From Candidatus Eiseniibacteriota bacterium (GTDB taxonomy: Bacteria > Eisenbacteria > RBG-16-71-46 > SZUA-252): a stretch of DNA of 64,000 nucleotides. The first letter of the stretch is position 1. Every line of letters starts with the position of its first letter. Location: positions 1,248,001 to 1,312,000 of the forward strand of contig OY969801.1 of the NCBI GenBank assembly GCA_963703225.1. The letters are read 5' to 3'. The position numbers and the translations under genes are program-made. Below the pieces are notes generated by a model that worked only from the letters and a program-made list of their open reading frames with translations, had not been told where the DNA came from and did no database searches. This document shows, piece after piece, positions 9,499-22,591 of the stretch.

Positions 9499-10948
9499 AT
9501 GACGAACAAAGAACGCGCCGCGCCCCAGCCATCGAGGGACGCGGCCGCGGCCCCACCCAGCGATCCGTGGCGCGGCCTCATGGTCAGCGCCTCGGGCGTT
9601 CGCGGCATCGTCGGCGAAGCGCTGACGCCCGAGGTGATCCTCCGCTTCGCGGGCGCGCACGGCTCGCTCCTCGCCGCGGGCCCGGTCGTGATCGGGCGCG
9701 ATTCGCGTCCGAGCGGCGCCTGGGTCACGCGCGCCGCCGAGGCGGCTCTCCTGGCGACCGGGCACGACGTCGTCGACGTCGGGATCGCTCCGACCCCGAC
9801 CATTCTCTTCGCCATCGGCCATCATGGCGCGTGCGGCGGCCTCGCGGTGACCGCGAGCCACAATCCCGCCCCCTGGAACGCGCTCAAGCTCTTCGGTCCC
9901 GGCGGGACGTTTCTCCCTCCCGCGCTGTCGGAAGCGGTCGCGCGACGGGCGCTCGAAGGAACGGTGTCGTGGGTCCGCGCCGATCGGGTCGGCGCGCACA
10001 GGGACGACGGGGAGGCGATCCGGCGCCACCGGGAGGCGATCCTCGCCTTGGCGGGGCTTCATCCCACGCGGATCGCGTCGCGGGGCTTCCGCGTCGCGAT
10101 CGACTGCGTGAACGGCGCCGGATCGCTGGCGACCCCCCCGCTTCTCCGGGCGCTCGGTTGTCACGTGGAGGAGCTCTACTGCACGCCCGACGGAAAATTT
10201 CCGCGAGTGCCGGAGCCGCTGCCCGAACATCTCGGGGCCCTGGGTGATCTCGTCCGCCGCACCGGTGCCGCGATCGGATTCGCCAACGATCCCGACGCCG
10301 ATCGATTGGCGATCGTCGATGAGCGGGGAGAGCCGATCGGGGAGGAGCGGACGCTGCAGATCGCGGTCGACTGGGCGCTCGCGCGCAAGCCGGGCCCGGT
10401 GATCGTCAACGCGTCGACCTCGATGGCGATCGAGACGATCGCGCGGCGCTACGGCGCGCCGGTGGAGCGAACACGGGTCGGCGAAGCCCACGTGGCGCAG
10501 GCGCTGCTCGAGCGGGGCGGCGTCATCGGAGGCGAGGGAAACGGCGGCGTGATCTATCCCGACGCTCCACGCGACGCGCGACGGGCTTTTGGCCGCGGCC
10601 ATCGCCCTCGATTGGTTGTCGACGGACAAGCTCCCGCTCAGCGCGCGGATCGCCGCGCTCCCTCCGGTGGTGATGGTAAAGCGGAAACTCGATCTTCGCC
10701 TCGCGGACGCGGCGGCGCTCGCCCAGGCCCTCACCCGTGAGTTCCCGGACGCGGAGCGCAATCTGCTGGACGGAGAAAAGTACCTCTGGGAAGATGGATG
10801 GGTTCAGGTCCGTCCCTCGGGGACGGAGCCGATCGTTCGGATCATCGCCGAAGCGACGACCCGGGATCGCGCAGAGACGCTCGCCGCGCGGGCCCAGGCG
10901 GCGACGGAGCGCTCTCAGTCGGCACAGACTGCGGTACGGGGGGCTTAA
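9499..10948 (+). CDS. glmM: Phosphoglucosamine mutase / phosphohexomutase; one +1 frameshift near 10559
   Basis: SGVRG, TASHNP, DPDADR, GGEGNGG; LHATRDG and VRPSGTEP continue in the +1 frame; sits directly before glmS. Confidence 0.8.
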
Positions 10949-10954
10949 CCAATC

Positions 10955-12781
10955 ATGTGCGGCATCGTCGGATACGTCGGCCAGCAGGACTCGGTGCCGA
11001 TTCTGCTCGAAGGGCTCCGCCGCCTCGAGTATCGCGGCTACGACTCCGCGGGCGTCGCGATCCTGAACGGCGAGGGACTGAAGGTCGAGAAGACCGCCGG
11101 CAAGATCGCGATGCTCGAAGAACGGATCAACACGACCCACCCTTCGGGCACCCTGGGGATCGCGCACACGCGCTGGGCGACGCACGGCGTTCCGAACAAG
11201 ATCAACGCCCACCCCCACGTCGATTGCCATGGCCGGATCGCGGTGGTTCACAACGGCATCATCGAGAACTACGCCACGCTCAAGACCAAGCTCCAGCAGG
11301 AGGGGCACCGGTTCACGACCGACACCGACACCGAGGTGATCGTTCACCTGATCGAGAAGTTCTACACCGGGAATCTCGAGAAGGCGGTCGCGGCGGCGGT
11401 CCGGCTCTTGACGGGGACCTATGGGATCGCCGTGATTTCAAGCGACGATCCGGCGAAGATCGTCGGCGCCCGCCACGGGAGCCCGCTGGTCGTCGGGATC
11501 TGCGATTCGGAGTATCTCCTCGCCTCGGACGTTTCGGCGATCATCCGGCATACGAATCAGGTCGTTTACCTGGACGACGAGGAGATGGTGGTGCTGACCC
11601 CCGCGGGGATCCACACCACGACGATTCGCGAAGAGACGATCGCGAAGAAGGTGGAGACCGTCGACTGGGATCTCGAGATGATCGAGAAGGCGGGGTTCCC
11701 GCACTTCATGCTCAAGGAGATCTTCGAGCAGCCCCAATCGCTGCGGAACACGCTCCGCGGGCGCCTCCTGCCCGAGGAGGGCACGGCCCGGCTGGGCGGG
11801 CTCAACATGAGCGCGTCGGAGCTGCGCGCGATCAACCGCGTGGTGATCACCGCGTGCGGGACTTCCTGGCACGCGGGCTTGATCGGGGAATATCTGCATC
11901 GAGGAGCTCGCGCGGATTCCGGTGGAGGTCGAATACGCCTCCGAGTTCCGGTACCGAAACCCAATCTTAGAGCCGGGACGGTGGTGCTCGCGATCAGCCA
12001 GTCAGGCGAGACGGCCGACACGCTCGCCGCGATGCGCGAGGCCAAGCGCAAGGGCGCCCGGGTGCTCGGCGTCTGCAACGTCGTCGGCTCGACGATCGCC
12101 CGGGAATCGGACGGCGGCGTTTATATCCACGCCGGCCCCGAGATCGGGGTGGCGTCGACCAAGGCGTTCACGTCCCAGGTCGCCGCGCTCGCCCTGTTCA
12201 CGCTCTACCTGGGCCGCCTCGGCGAGCTCTCGCCGGAGCTTGGAACGGAGATGGTCCGGGAGCTGGAGGCCATTCCCGAGAAGATCGAGAGGATCCTCGC
12301 GGGCGAGGAGTCGATCCGCGCGATCGCGCGCGCCAACGCGCACCACAATAACTTTCTCTACCTGGGCCGCGGCGTGAACTTCCCGGTGGCGCTCGAAGGA
12401 GCGCTCAAACTGAAGGAGATTTCGTACATCCACGCCGAGGGATATCCCGCCGCCGAGATGAAGCACGGGCCCATCGCGCTGATCGACGACAACATGCCGG
12501 TGGTGTTCATCTGCACGCAGGATTCGGCGTACGAGAAAGTGCTGAGCAACATGGAGGAAGTCCGCGCGCGCCGCGGCAAGATCATCGCCGTGGCCTCGGA
12601 AGGGGACGCGCACGTCGCGACGAAGGCCGACCACGTGCTCTTCATTCCCCGCACGATCGGCACGCTGACGCCGCTCCTCGCGGCGATCCCGCTCCAGCTT
12701 CTCGCGTACTACATCGCGGTCGAGCGGGGGTGCGACGTGGATCAGCCTCGAAATCTGGCCAAGAGCGTCACGGTCGAGTGA
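10955..12781 (+). CDS. glmS: Glutamine-fructose-6-phosphate transaminase; compensating frameshifts near 11897 (+1) and 11976 (-1)
   Basis: [40 protein letters not shown]; the conserved [20 protein letters not shown] segment lies in the shifted frame. Confidence 0.97.
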   Translation: MCGIVGYVGQQDSVPILLEGLRRLEYRGYDSAGVAILNGEGLKVEKTAGKIAMLEERINTTHPSGTLGIAHTRWATHGVPNKINAHPHVDCHGRIAVVHNGIIENYATLKTKLQQEGHRFTTDTDTEVIVHLIEKFYTGNLEKAVAAAVRLLTGTYGIAVISSDDPAKIVGARHGSPLVVGICDSEYLLASDVSAIIRHTNQVVYLDDEEMVVLTPAGIHTTTIREETIAKKVETVDWDLEMIEKAGFPHFMLKEIFEQPQSLRNTLRGRLLPEEGTARLGGLNMSASELRAINRVVITACGTSWHAGLIGEYLHRGARADSGGGRIRLRVPVPKPNLRAGTVVLAISQSGETADTLAAMREAKRKGARVLGVCNVVGSTIARESDGGVYIHAGPEIGVASTKAFTSQVAALALFTLYLGRLGELSPELGTEMVRELEAIPEKIERILAGEESIRAIARANAHHNNFLYLGRGVNFPVALEGALKLKEISYIHAEGYPAAEMKHGPIALIDDNMPVVFICTQDSAYEKVLSNMEEVRARRGKIIAVASEGDAHVATKADHVLFIPRTIGTLTPLLAAIPLQLLAYYIAVERGCDVDQPRNLAKSVTVE

Positions 12782-13182
12782 CCCCTCGCGTCGGAGGATC
12801 GGTTCTCCACACGGACGGCGCGCCCGCCGCGATCGGGCCGTACGTCCAGGGCCGCGCGGGGAACCTCTCCGGCCGGTGGATCGTGACGTCGGGGCAGGTC
12901 GGTCTCGATCCGGCGACCGGGATCCTCGTGTCGGGCGGCATCGCGGCGGAGACGGAGCGCGCCATCGACAACCTGGAGGCCATTCTGACGTCGGCGGGCG
13001 CCTCGTTGGCCGACGTGGTCAAGACAACCGTGTATCTCGCGGGAATGGAAGAGTTCGGACCGATGAACGAGGTCTACGCGCGGCGGTTTCCCGACCCCAA
13101 ACCGGCCCGAACGACCATCGCGGCCCGGGAGCTACCGCGCTCCGCCCGCGTGGAGATCGAGGCATGGGCGTTCATCGCCTGA
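12778..13182 (+). CDS. ridA: RidA/YjgF enamine-imine deaminase
   Basis: APAAIGPY, SGQVGLDP, VVKTTVYL, MNEVY, PARTT, VEIEA; GTGA overlap with glmS stop. Confidence 0.88.
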   Translation: MTPRVGGSVLHTDGAPAAIGPYVQGRAGNLSGRWIVTSGQVGLDPATGILVSGGIAAETERAIDNLEAILTSAGASLADVVKTTVYLAGMEEFGPMNEVYARRFPDPKPARTTIAARELPRSARVEIEAWAFIA

Positions 13183-14237
13183 GGGAAGTCCCCAAGGCCG
13201 CGCCGCGGCTGACGCAGCAGGTGACCTGCTCGGGGTGCGCCGCGAAGATTCCCATCCAGGTGCTCACGCAGATTCTGGGATCGCTCCCCCCTGCGCCGCG
13301 CTCGCCCCGGCTCCTGGTGGGCCCCGAAACCTGGGACGATGCCGGCGTCTATCGGGTGAGCAAGACGCTCGCGCTCGTCCAGACCGTCGATTTCTTCACC
13401 CCGATGGTCGACGACCCCTACGACTTTGGGGCGATCGCCGCGGCCAACGCGGTCAGCGACGTCTACGCGATGGGAGGGATCCCGAAGACCGCCCTCTCCA
13501 TTCTCTGTTTTCCGGCCGAGGGTGGCGACCCCGCGGTGCTTCGTGAAATCGTTCGGGGCGGAGCCGAACTTCTTCGGCGCGCCGGAGTGATCGTGCTCGG
13601 TGGGCACTCCGTCCGCGACCCCGAGATCAAGTTCGGATACGCGGTGACCGGCGAAGTGCATCCGAAGCGCGTCGTCACCAACGCGGGCGCCCGGAAGGGC
13701 GACCTGCTGGTTCTCACCAAGCCGCTCGGCGTGGGGATTCTGGCGACCGCGCTGAAGCGGGGGCTCCTCTCCGCCCCGCTGCTCGCCTTGATGACGCGCC
13801 AGATGAAGGCGATCAACCGGGCCGCCGCGGCCGCGATGACGGCGTCCCAAGCCCATGCCGCGACCGACGTGACGGGATTCGGTCTCCTCGGCCACGCTCG
13901 AAACGTCGCGCGCGCCAGCCGGAAGACGATCCGCATCTGGAGCGGCGCGGTCCCGGTGCTTCCCGGCGCGCTCGGTTTCGCGGCCCAGGATGTCGTCTCG
14001 GGCGGGCTCCAATCGAATCGCGAGGCCATCGACCCCGATGTCGCGTGGGACGAGGCCGTGCCCGAGGCGTTGCGCCGCGTTCTTGTCGATCCGCAGACTT
14101 CGGGTGGATTGCTCATCGCGATTCCTTCCTCCCGCACCGAAGCCCTGCTTCGCCGGCTCGCGAAGTCCCGCGTGGCCGCGGCGGTCGTGGGGGAGGTGGC
14201 GGCGCCGGGGCCCCGCCTGATCGAGGTCGCATCGTGA
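13164..14237 (+). CDS. selD: Selenide, water dikinase (Cys form)
   Basis: RLTQ..CSGCAAK, DDAGVY, QTVDFFTP, AAANAVSDVYAMGG, DVTGFGLLGH, DPQTSGGLL. Confidence 0.95.
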   Translation: MGVHRLREVPKAAPRLTQQVTCSGCAAKIPIQVLTQILGSLPPAPRSPRLLVGPETWDDAGVYRVSKTLALVQTVDFFTPMVDDPYDFGAIAAANAVSDVYAMGGIPKTALSILCFPAEGGDPAVLREIVRGGAELLRRAGVIVLGGHSVRDPEIKFGYAVTGEVHPKRVVTNAGARKGDLLVLTKPLGVGILATALKRGLLSAPLLALMTRQMKAINRAAAAAMTASQAHAATDVTGFGLLGHARNVARASRKTIRIWSGAVPVLPGALGFAAQDVVSGGLQSNREAIDPDVAWDEAVPEALRRVLVDPQTSGGLLIAIPSSRTEALLRRLAKSRVAAAVVGEVAAPGPRLIEVAS

Positions 14238-14253
14238 GTCGGCGCGGGATTGG

Positions 14254-14351
14254 GGGGACGGATGGGATCTGGTGGTCTCCGAGGACTTCAAATCCTTCTG
14301 TCGGGCGTTTCCAACGTCCGGGGTGGGTTCGATTCCCACACGTTCCCGCCA
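14254..14351 (+). tRNA. selC: tRNA-Sec (TCA)
   Basis: 98 nt; anticodon arm GAGGA-CTTCAAA-TCCTT, long variable arm, extended acceptor stem, GCCA end; 16 nt after selD. Confidence 0.93.
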
Positions 14352-14371
14352 GCGCGCCCGGGTACTCTCTC

Positions 14372-14647
14372 GTGAGCGGTCCCCTGGGGTCTTGGTTTCC
14401 TCCGGATTGGAGCGATCCTCGTGTCATCGGCGTTATCATCGTCGTCGCCATCCTGGCCCTTATCCGCCGGTGGTCTTTCGTGCTGCTCATCGCCCTGCTC
14501 ATCGCGCTCGGGCAAGGGTTGGAGTATCTCCTCGGGCACTCGTCGCTGGGCCCCGATTTCACCAAGGGCGCGGTCATTGGGGTTTATGTCTTTGGCGGCA
14601 TCCTGCTCGTGTTCATGGCGATCGCCCATTTCGTCACGAGAGATTAG
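14372..14647 (+). CDS. Small hypothetical membrane protein (about 3 hydrophobic helices)
   Basis: VIGVIIVVAILALI / FVLLIALLIALG / AVIGVYVFGGILLVFMAIAHF. Confidence 0.6.
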   Translation: MSGPLGSWFPPDWSDPRVIGVIIVVAILALIRRWSFVLLIALLIALGQGLEYLLGHSSLGPDFTKGAVIGVYVFGGILLVFMAIAHFVTRD

Positions 14648-15191
14648 GACCGGGGCCGCCCGGGCCCTGGCATCGACCGGGCTCGCGGTCTGCCTCCTGC
14701 TCGGGTCCGGCGCTCCTGGCCGCGCGGAGGCCGCGGCCGACCCCAAGCCCGAGGGCCCTCCAGCGCCCCAGACGTCCCCTGCAGCGGCACCGGCGCACCG
14801 CGACTCCCCGTTTCATGTCATGCTCCGGTCCACGGTCCTCCCCGGGTGGGGGCAAATGTACAATCACAAGCCGCTGAAGGCGGCGGTGGTCGTGGGCGGC
14901 GAGGGATACTTGATCTACAGAGCTTGGGGTGAATTTCAAAATGAGCAGGACGCGGCCGCCGCGGGCGACCAGGAAGCCAAGGACACGTACTACAACTTGA
15001 AGGTCAACTACATCTGGTGGGCCATCGCGGTCCACCTGCTCCAGATGGCAGACGCCTACGTCGACGCCCACCTCGCCACGTTCGACGTCGATTTCGGACC
15101 GGAGAATGCCGACCACGCCGAGTGGGCGCCGCCCGATCGCGGCCGGATCACACTGCCGGCCGCCCGCGTCGCCCTCCATGTCCACTTCTGA
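14643..15191 (+). CDS. DUF5683-like exported or membrane protein; start uncertain (ATT 14643 or ATG 14586)
   Basis: Signal-like N-terminus; [26 protein letters not shown]...DAYVDAHL. Confidence 0.65.
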   Translation: MRTGAARALASTGLAVCLLLGSGAPGRAEAAADPKPEGPPAPQTSPAAAPAHRDSPFHVMLRSTVLPGWGQMYNHKPLKAAVVVGGEGYLIYRAWGEFQNEQDAAAAGDQEAKDTYYNLKVNYIWWAIAVHLLQMADAYVDAHLATFDVDFGPENADHAEWAPPDRGRITLPAARVALHVHF

Positions 15192-15198
15192 TCTCCTG

Positions 15199-17004
15199 AT
15201 GACGAGCCGTCGGGAGTCGGTCCGCAATTTCTGCATCATCGCCCACATCGACCACGGGAAGTCGACGCTCGCCGATCGCCTGCTCGAGCGGACCAACACG
15301 GTCCCCAAGTCCAAGATGAAGGATCAGGTCCTGGACAACATGGACCTCGAGCGCGAGAAGGGGATCACCATCAAGTCCCACGCGATCGCCATGTCCTACA
15401 AGGCGAGGGACGGGAAAACCTACCAGCTCAACCTCATCGACACGCCCGGCCACGTCGATTTCACATACGAGGTGTCCCGGAGCCTGGCGGCGTGCGAGGG
15501 GGCCATCCTCGTCGTCGACGCGTCGCAGGGCGTGGAAGCTCAGACCATCTCCAACCTCTACCTGGCGCTCGACCAGCACCTGACGATCGTGCCCGTCCTG
15601 AACAAGGTCGACCTTCCCGCGGCCATGCCCGACGAGGTCGCGCTCGAAGTCGCGCAGCTGCTTCATGTGGAGCCCGAGGAGGTGGTCCGGGTCTCCGCCA
15701 AGGAGGGGACGAACATCGAGGGGGTGCTCGAAGCGGTCGTCGCCCGGATCCCGGCACCCATCGATCTTCGCGACGGGACCCTCCAGGCCTTGATCTTCGA
15801 TTCTGTGTTCGACCAGTTCCGAGGCGTGATCGTCTATGTCCGCGTGGTCCGAGGCAAGATCCGCGCCGGGGAGGCCATCCGCTTCCTCTCGACGGACACG
15901 CGCTACGAGGTGATCGAAGCGGGTGTGCTCCGACTGGGACTGGAGCCGCGGGAGGAGCTGGTCTCGGGGGACGTCGGGTACGTCATCGGAAACGTGAAGG
16001 TGGTGGCCGACGCCAAGGTCGGCGATACCATCGTTTCGGCGGACGATCCCGCGCCCGAGCGCCTTCCCGGCTACCGGCCGGTCAAGCCGATGGTCTTCTC
16101 CGGCCTGTACCCGATGGAGGCCGAGAGCTACGAGTCGCTCAAGGAGTCGCTCTCACGCCTCCAGCTCAACGACGCCTCCCTGACCTATGAGCCCGAGACC
16201 TCGCTGGCGCTGGGATTCGGCTTCCGCTGCGGATTCCTCGGGCTCCTCCACATGGAGATCGTGCAGGAGCGGCTGACCCGGGAACACGGGGTCAACCTCA
16301 TCGCCACGGTGCCGAGCGTCGAGTACCACGTGCTCAAGACCACCGGCGATCTCTTGGTGGTCGAGAACCCCGCCCTCATGCCGCCCGCGAACCAGATCGA
16401 GTCGATCGAAGAGCCCTACGTTCGCGCGCAGGTCGTCGTTCCCACCGAATACGTCGGCAACATCATGAAGCTGGCCCAGGACCGGCGCGGCGTCTTCGGA
16501 GGGATGCAATATCCGAGCGAGGATCGGGCGCACCTCACCTACGACCTGCCCCTCGCCGAGATCGTCCTCGACTTCTACGACAAGTTGAAGTCGCTGAGCC
16601 GCGGCTACGCTTCGCTCGACTACGAGCTGGCCGGCTACAAGCCCGCCGATCTCGTCAAGATGGACATCGTACTGAACGGGGAGCCGGTGGACGCGCTCTC
16701 CGTGATCGTCCACCGGGAAGGCGCCTACGCCTGGGGGCGGGAGATCGCTGTGAAACTTAAAGAATTGATTCCGCGGCAGATGTTTCCGATCGCGATTCAG
16801 GCGGCGATCGGAGGCCAGGTGATCGCCCGCGAGACGATCTCGGCGCTGCGCAAGAACGTCCTCGCCAAGTGCTACGGCGGCGATATCACGCGGAAGCGAA
16901 AGCTCCTCGAGAAGCAGCGCGAGGGGAAGCAGCGGATGAAGCAGATCGGCACCGTCCGGATCCCCCAGGAAGCGTTCTTGGCGGTTCTGCGGGTCGAGCG
17001 ATAG
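15199..17004 (+). CDS. lepA: Elongation factor 4
   Basis: [46 protein letters not shown]. Confidence 0.98.
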   Translation: MTSRRESVRNFCIIAHIDHGKSTLADRLLERTNTVPKSKMKDQVLDNMDLEREKGITIKSHAIAMSYKARDGKTYQLNLIDTPGHVDFTYEVSRSLAACEGAILVVDASQGVEAQTISNLYLALDQHLTIVPVLNKVDLPAAMPDEVALEVAQLLHVEPEEVVRVSAKEGTNIEGVLEAVVARIPAPIDLRDGTLQALIFDSVFDQFRGVIVYVRVVRGKIRAGEAIRFLSTDTRYEVIEAGVLRLGLEPREELVSGDVGYVIGNVKVVADAKVGDTIVSADDPAPERLPGYRPVKPMVFSGLYPMEAESYESLKESLSRLQLNDASLTYEPETSLALGFGFRCGFLGLLHMEIVQERLTREHGVNLIATVPSVEYHVLKTTGDLLVVENPALMPPANQIESIEEPYVRAQVVVPTEYVGNIMKLAQDRRGVFGGMQYPSEDRAHLTYDLPLAEIVLDFYDKLKSLSRGYASLDYELAGYKPADLVKMDIVLNGEPVDALSVIVHREGAYAWGREIAVKLKELIPRQMFPIAIQAAIGGQVIARETISALRKNVLAKCYGGDITRKRKLLEKQREGKQRMKQIGTVRIPQEAFLAVLRVER

Positions 17005-17032
17005 GAAGGCCGTGAAAGGGGGAACATCGGGC

Positions 17033-17701
17033 ATGACCAGAGCAGCGGCGGGCGTGGCAACCCGGGCCAAGGCACGCACCAAATCGACGGTGCGGGAATA
17101 CGTGGAGGCATTGCTCCTCGCGATCGTCCTCACGCTCGTCATACGCGGACTCGTCGTCCAGGCGTTTCGGATTCCGACCGGCTCGATGGAGGACACTCTT
17201 CTCGTCGGTGACTTCCTCTTCGTCAACAAGATGGTCTACGGTTCGGAGATCGACGTCGGCTTCGGAGGAAATCGTCTGATCTACTACCGGTTTCCCGCGA
17301 TCCGGGATCCCAAGCCCGGCGACATCATCGTCTTCCGGTATCCCGACGACCCGGCTCGCGACTTCATTAAGCGCTGCGTCGCGGTCGGGGGGCAGACGGT
17401 GGAGATACGCGACAAAGTGCTCTATGTCGACGGACGCTCGCGCGAGGAGCCGTACGCGGTTCACAAGGACCCCCGGGTGCTGCCGCGCGAAACGGATCGC
17501 CGCGATAATTTCGGGCCCTACCTGGTTCCCCAGGGCCACCTCTTCATGATGGGGGACAACCGGGACAACAGCCACGACAGCCGATATTGGGGCGCACTCC
17601 CGCAACGGCTCGTGAAAGGGAAGGCGATGTTTCTCTACTGGTCGTGGGACGGAGACCGCCGCCTCCCGCGGCTGAACCGCCTCCTGCACGGAGTGTCGTG
17701 A
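17033..17701 (+). CDS. lepB: Signal peptidase I
   Basis: AFRIPTGSMEDTL, DFIKR, MMGDNRDNSHDSRYWG. Confidence 0.96.
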   Translation: MTRAAAGVATRAKARTKSTVREYVEALLLAIVLTLVIRGLVVQAFRIPTGSMEDTLLVGDFLFVNKMVYGSEIDVGFGGNRLIYYRFPAIRDPKPGDIIVFRYPDDPARDFIKRCVAVGGQTVEIRDKVLYVDGRSREEPYAVHKDPRVLPRETDRRDNFGPYLVPQGHLFMMGDNRDNSHDSRYWGALPQRLVKGKAMFLYWSWDGDRRLPRLNRLLHGVS

Positions 17702-18858
17702 CCGTGGAATTTGGCCTCTACATTCATCTCCCCTATTGCCGGAGCATTTGCCCCTACTGCGCGTTCGCCAAGGCGCCGCTCCACCACGCGGAACCGGAGC
17801 GGCTCTTGGCCGCGCTGCGGCGGGAATGGGAACGGGCCCGGGCGGAGGACGCGTGGAGCCGCCCGCGGACGATTTACCTGGGGGGCGGAACCCCGACGGC
17901 GCTCGATCCAGACACGCTCCGCGCGCTCCTGACGTGGATCCGCTCGGAATTCGGCTCGGCGCGCGTGCGCGAGTGGACCGTGGAGGCGAATCCGGAGGGG
18001 ATCACCGACCGGAAGCTCGAGCTGCTCCGGGAATGCGGAGTCGACCGGCTGAGCGTGGGGGTCCAGTCCCTCGAGCCGATGGTCCTTCGCGCCCTCGGAA
18101 GGATCCACACGCCCCAGCGCGCCCTCGACACGCTCGCCCAGGCGAGGCGCGCGGGCTTCGCGAATGTCTCCGCCGACCTCATCGTCGCGGTGCCGGGGGA
18201 GACCGCCGAGGGAGTGCGCCGATCGGCCGGGGCCCTGGTCTCGGCCGGCGTCGATCATCTTTCGATCTACAGCCTGCAGATCGAGGAGGGGACGCCCCTC
18301 GCCGCCAAGGTGGAGCGCGGCTCCATGAAGGCTCTGACCGAGGAGGACGCCGCCGAACGCTACGAGGATCTGGCGCCCCTGCTCCAGGGAGCCGGGTACC
18401 ACCATTATGAAGTCTCGAGCTGGGCACGGCCCGGATTCGAGTCGCGGCACAACCAGGGATACTGGTCGCGCCGTCCCTATCTCGGGCTCGGGCCGGGAGC
18501 CCACTCCTGGAACGGCGCCGACCGCTGGAGGAACGAGGACGACGTAACCCGCTATTACCAGCGGGTGGAAGCGGACGGGCTGGCCCGCGTGGATCGGGCG
18601 CGCCTCTCCGTTCGCGACGCCGCCGAGGAAACGATCATGCTCGGGCTGAGGCGCGCGCGCGGACTCAAGCGCGGCGACCTGCTGCGGCTGGCGGGACCGG
18701 CGGCGCTCTCCTGGAGCGAGTGGGCCGCCGGCGCGGGCGCCGTGAGCTTGGACACGCCCGGACGCGTCCGCCCGACCGGCCGGGGATTTCTTTTGAGCCA
18801 CGAGCTTTCCGCCGAGCTCTTGGCCCGCATGGAGTCTTCGCCCCGCGGGTCGGCTTGA
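17698..18858 (+). CDS. hemW: Radical-SAM heme chaperone HemW (HemN-like)
   Basis: LYIHLPYCRSICPYCAF, IYLGGGTPT, EANP, HYEVSSW, HNQGYW; conserved position before hrcA. Confidence 0.88.
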   Translation: MTVEFGLYIHLPYCRSICPYCAFAKAPLHHAEPERLLAALRREWERARAEDAWSRPRTIYLGGGTPTALDPDTLRALLTWIRSEFGSARVREWTVEANPEGITDRKLELLRECGVDRLSVGVQSLEPMVLRALGRIHTPQRALDTLAQARRAGFANVSADLIVAVPGETAEGVRRSAGALVSAGVDHLSIYSLQIEEGTPLAAKVERGSMKALTEEDAAERYEDLAPLLQGAGYHHYEVSSWARPGFESRHNQGYWSRRPYLGLGPGAHSWNGADRWRNEDDVTRYYQRVEADGLARVDRARLSVRDAAEETIMLGLRRARGLKRGDLLRLAGPAALSWSEWAAGAGAVSLDTPGRVRPTGRGFLLSHELSAELLARMESSPRGSA

Positions 18859-18883
18859 CAGGTCCAGGGGCCGCTGGTAGGTT
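18855..18883 (+). promoter_or_regulatory. Sigma70-type promoter of hrcA-grpE-dnaJ
   Basis: TTGACA (18855-18860), 17-nt spacer, TGgTAGGTT (18875-18883). Confidence 0.75.
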
Positions 18884-18892
18884 TTCCCGTGT

Positions 18893-18919
18893 CTGGCACT
18901 TACATCGCGTGAGTGCCAA
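18893..18919 (+). promoter_or_regulatory. CIRCE operator (HrcA binding site)
   Basis: CTGGCACTT-N9-GAGTGCCAA matches TTAGCACTC-N9-GAGTGCTAA; lies between the promoter and hrcA. Confidence 0.9.
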
Positions 18920-18934
18920 GACGTTCCCAACGCC

Positions 18935-19956
18935 ATGACCCGACCCACACTCGACGAGCGGCGCCGCCGCATCCTGACTTTTGTCGTGGAGAGCCACGTG
19001 ACCCGGGCGGAGCCGGTCGGCTCCCAATTCGTCCGCGCGGCCTACCACTTGAGCATTTCCCCCGCCACGATTCGAAACGCGATGCAGGACCTGGAGGGGT
19101 TGGGATTCCTCGATCATCCCCACACCTCGGCCGGCCGCGTGCCCACGGAGGCCGGGTACCGCTATTACGTGGATGAGCTGATGCGTCCCGAGCCAATCCC
19201 CGCGTCGACGCGCCGGAAGGTTCAAGGGGCGCTCCGGCCCTTGCTCGAGACCGGCGACATCTTCTCCTCCGAGGTTCCGCGGATCCTCGCGCGCACCTCC
19301 CACCAGCTGGCGCTGGTGCAGGTCCAGGAACCGGCCGAGCGGGTCGCGGAGCGGGTCGATCTGGTGACGCTCGAAGGGGGCCTCCTGGTCCTCGCGGTGC
19401 AGGAGCGGGGAGGGCGCATCGCGACCGCGAGCTGGAAGCCCGACTCAGCGCCCGAATCCGCCGCGCTCCGTCGCGCGACCGAGTGGGTGCGACGAACGCT
19501 CCCGATCCGAGGCGCGGGCGACGCGCTGACGCACGCCGCGCGGGCCCGGAGGGAGCGCTCGGTCGAGGGCGCCTCCCTCGCGGCCTCGATCTTTGAGCGG
19601 ATCGCCGAGCTGATGGACACGGGCGGAAATCCCGCCGTGCGGATCGACGGCGCCGACAACATCGCGTCTCAGCCGGAATTTCAATCGCCCGCCCGTCTCC
19701 GGCCGCTCGTCTCGCTCCTCGCCGAGCGGGAGCCGCTGGCGCGGGCGCTCGAGGCGGTCGCCGAGCCCGGCCGGCCGCGCGTCTCGATCGGACGCGAGAA
19801 CGGCCCCGGCGCGATGCGCGAATGCTCGATCGTGGGGATGCGGGTCGATGCGCGCGGCTTGAGGGGAGTCCTGGGCGTCATCGGGCCGGTGCGGATGCCG
19901 TATCGCACGGTATTTTCGCTCGTCTCCTACGTCGGCGAGCGTCTCGCCGCGGGACA

Positions 19957-19960
<4 letters not shown>
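18935..19960 (+). CDS. hrcA: Heat-inducible transcription repressor
   Basis: EPVGS, SPATIRNAMQDLE, PHTSAGRVPTEAGYRYYVD, GVIGPVRMPY. Confidence 0.95.
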
Positions 19961-21713
<1,753 letters not shown>

Positions 21714-21728
21714 AGCGCCGGAGGATTC

Positions 21729-22460
21729 GTGCGCGAGCCGCGCCGCCCCGACACGATCTTCTGGGTCGAGCCCCGCGCGATCCAGGGTGACATCCTGACC
21801 CTCGACGTCGAGGAATCGCACCATCTCCTCCGGGTCCATCGCGCCGCGGTGGGCGTTCGATTCACGGCCGTCGACGGCGTGGGTGGGACCTACGAATGCG
21901 TTCTCGACTCCGCGGAGCGGAGCGCCGCGGTCGGGCGGATCGAGCGGCGCGAGTTCGGTGTGGGGGAGCCGCCGGCGCCGATTACGCTCTTGGTCGGGCT
22001 CCCGGACACGGGCCCAACGGAGACCGTCGTGGAACACGCCGTCCCGCTGGGCGCCACGACCATCGACTTCGTGGCCTCGGTCAGGAGCGGACGACCACCT
22101 CTTGGATCGGCTCGGCTGGCGCGCCTGAGCCGGCTGGCGCGGTCCGCCCTGAAGCAGTCCCGACGGAGCGTTCTCCCAACCATCCAATCTTCAGAGGGGT
22201 TGGGAGCGGCGCTGGAGCGACTGGGGGAGGGCCGGCGCTTTCTCGCCGATCCCCGCGGGGAGCGACCGCTCGAGTCCCGCCCAGAAGCCGCACAACTGCC
22301 GGTGATTCTGGCGGTTGGGCCGCCCGGCGGCTTTGACGACGGAGAGCGTGCGCTCCTCCTGGAAGCGAAATTTTTGCCCATGTCTCTAGTTGACAACCGA
22401 TTACCCACAGAGACAGCCGCCATCGCGATTCTGTCTCTAGCCCGTAACATATTGATGTGA
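21729..22460 (+). CDS. rsmE: 16S rRNA m3U1498 methyltransferase
   Basis: ESHHLLRVHR, ALKQSRR, AVGPPGGF, RLPTETAA; usual position after dnaJ; motifs somewhat divergent. Confidence 0.82.
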   Translation: MREPRRPDTIFWVEPRAIQGDILTLDVEESHHLLRVHRAAVGVRFTAVDGVGGTYECVLDSAERSAAVGRIERREFGVGEPPAPITLLVGLPDTGPTETVVEHAVPLGATTIDFVASVRSGRPPLGSARLARLSRLARSALKQSRRSVLPTIQSSEGLGAALERLGEGRRFLADPRGERPLESRPEAAQLPVILAVGPPGGFDDGERALLLEAKFLPMSLVDNRLPTETAAIAILSLARNILM

Positions 22461-22477
22461 AATGGAATATCCGACAT

Positions 22478-22506
22478 TTGACTTTTTCGGGGCTTCGGGG
22501 TATCTT
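22478..22506 (+). promoter_or_regulatory. Sigma70-type promoter of the rpsU-mutS2-dnaG-rpoD operon
   Basis: TTGACT (22478-22483), 17-nt spacer, TATCTT (22501-22506), in an AT-rich intergenic stretch. Confidence 0.65.
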
Positions 22507-22591
22507 TCTTAGTGTTAGCGGGATGCTGCCCAACCCCCAATGGGAGGGCTACTTCGATACCTCAAACCAGGGTTAGGAGGCGATTCACAGG

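Noticed and set aside
10949..10954. glmS ribozyme
   Set aside because: Only 6 nt separate glmM and glmS
11897..11977. Novel insert or programmed double frameshift in glmS
   Set aside because: The canonical GlmS peptide is present in the +1 frame between two opposite indels; no slippery site; consistent with the window-wide indel errors
13164..14237. Selenocysteine (UGA) in SelD or other selenoproteins in the window
   Set aside because: SelD has TGC codons at the catalytic motif; I saw no in-frame TGA at a conserved Cys position in other genes, though I did not scan exhaustively for SECIS elements
14254..14650. Genomic island integrated at selC or the other tRNAs
   Set aside because: No integrase, no duplicated tRNA 3' end and no compositional shift; core genes continue
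22390..22395. TTGACA inside the end of rsmE as a promoter
   Set aside because: No -10 at 16-18 nt; a better promoter lies at 22478-22506
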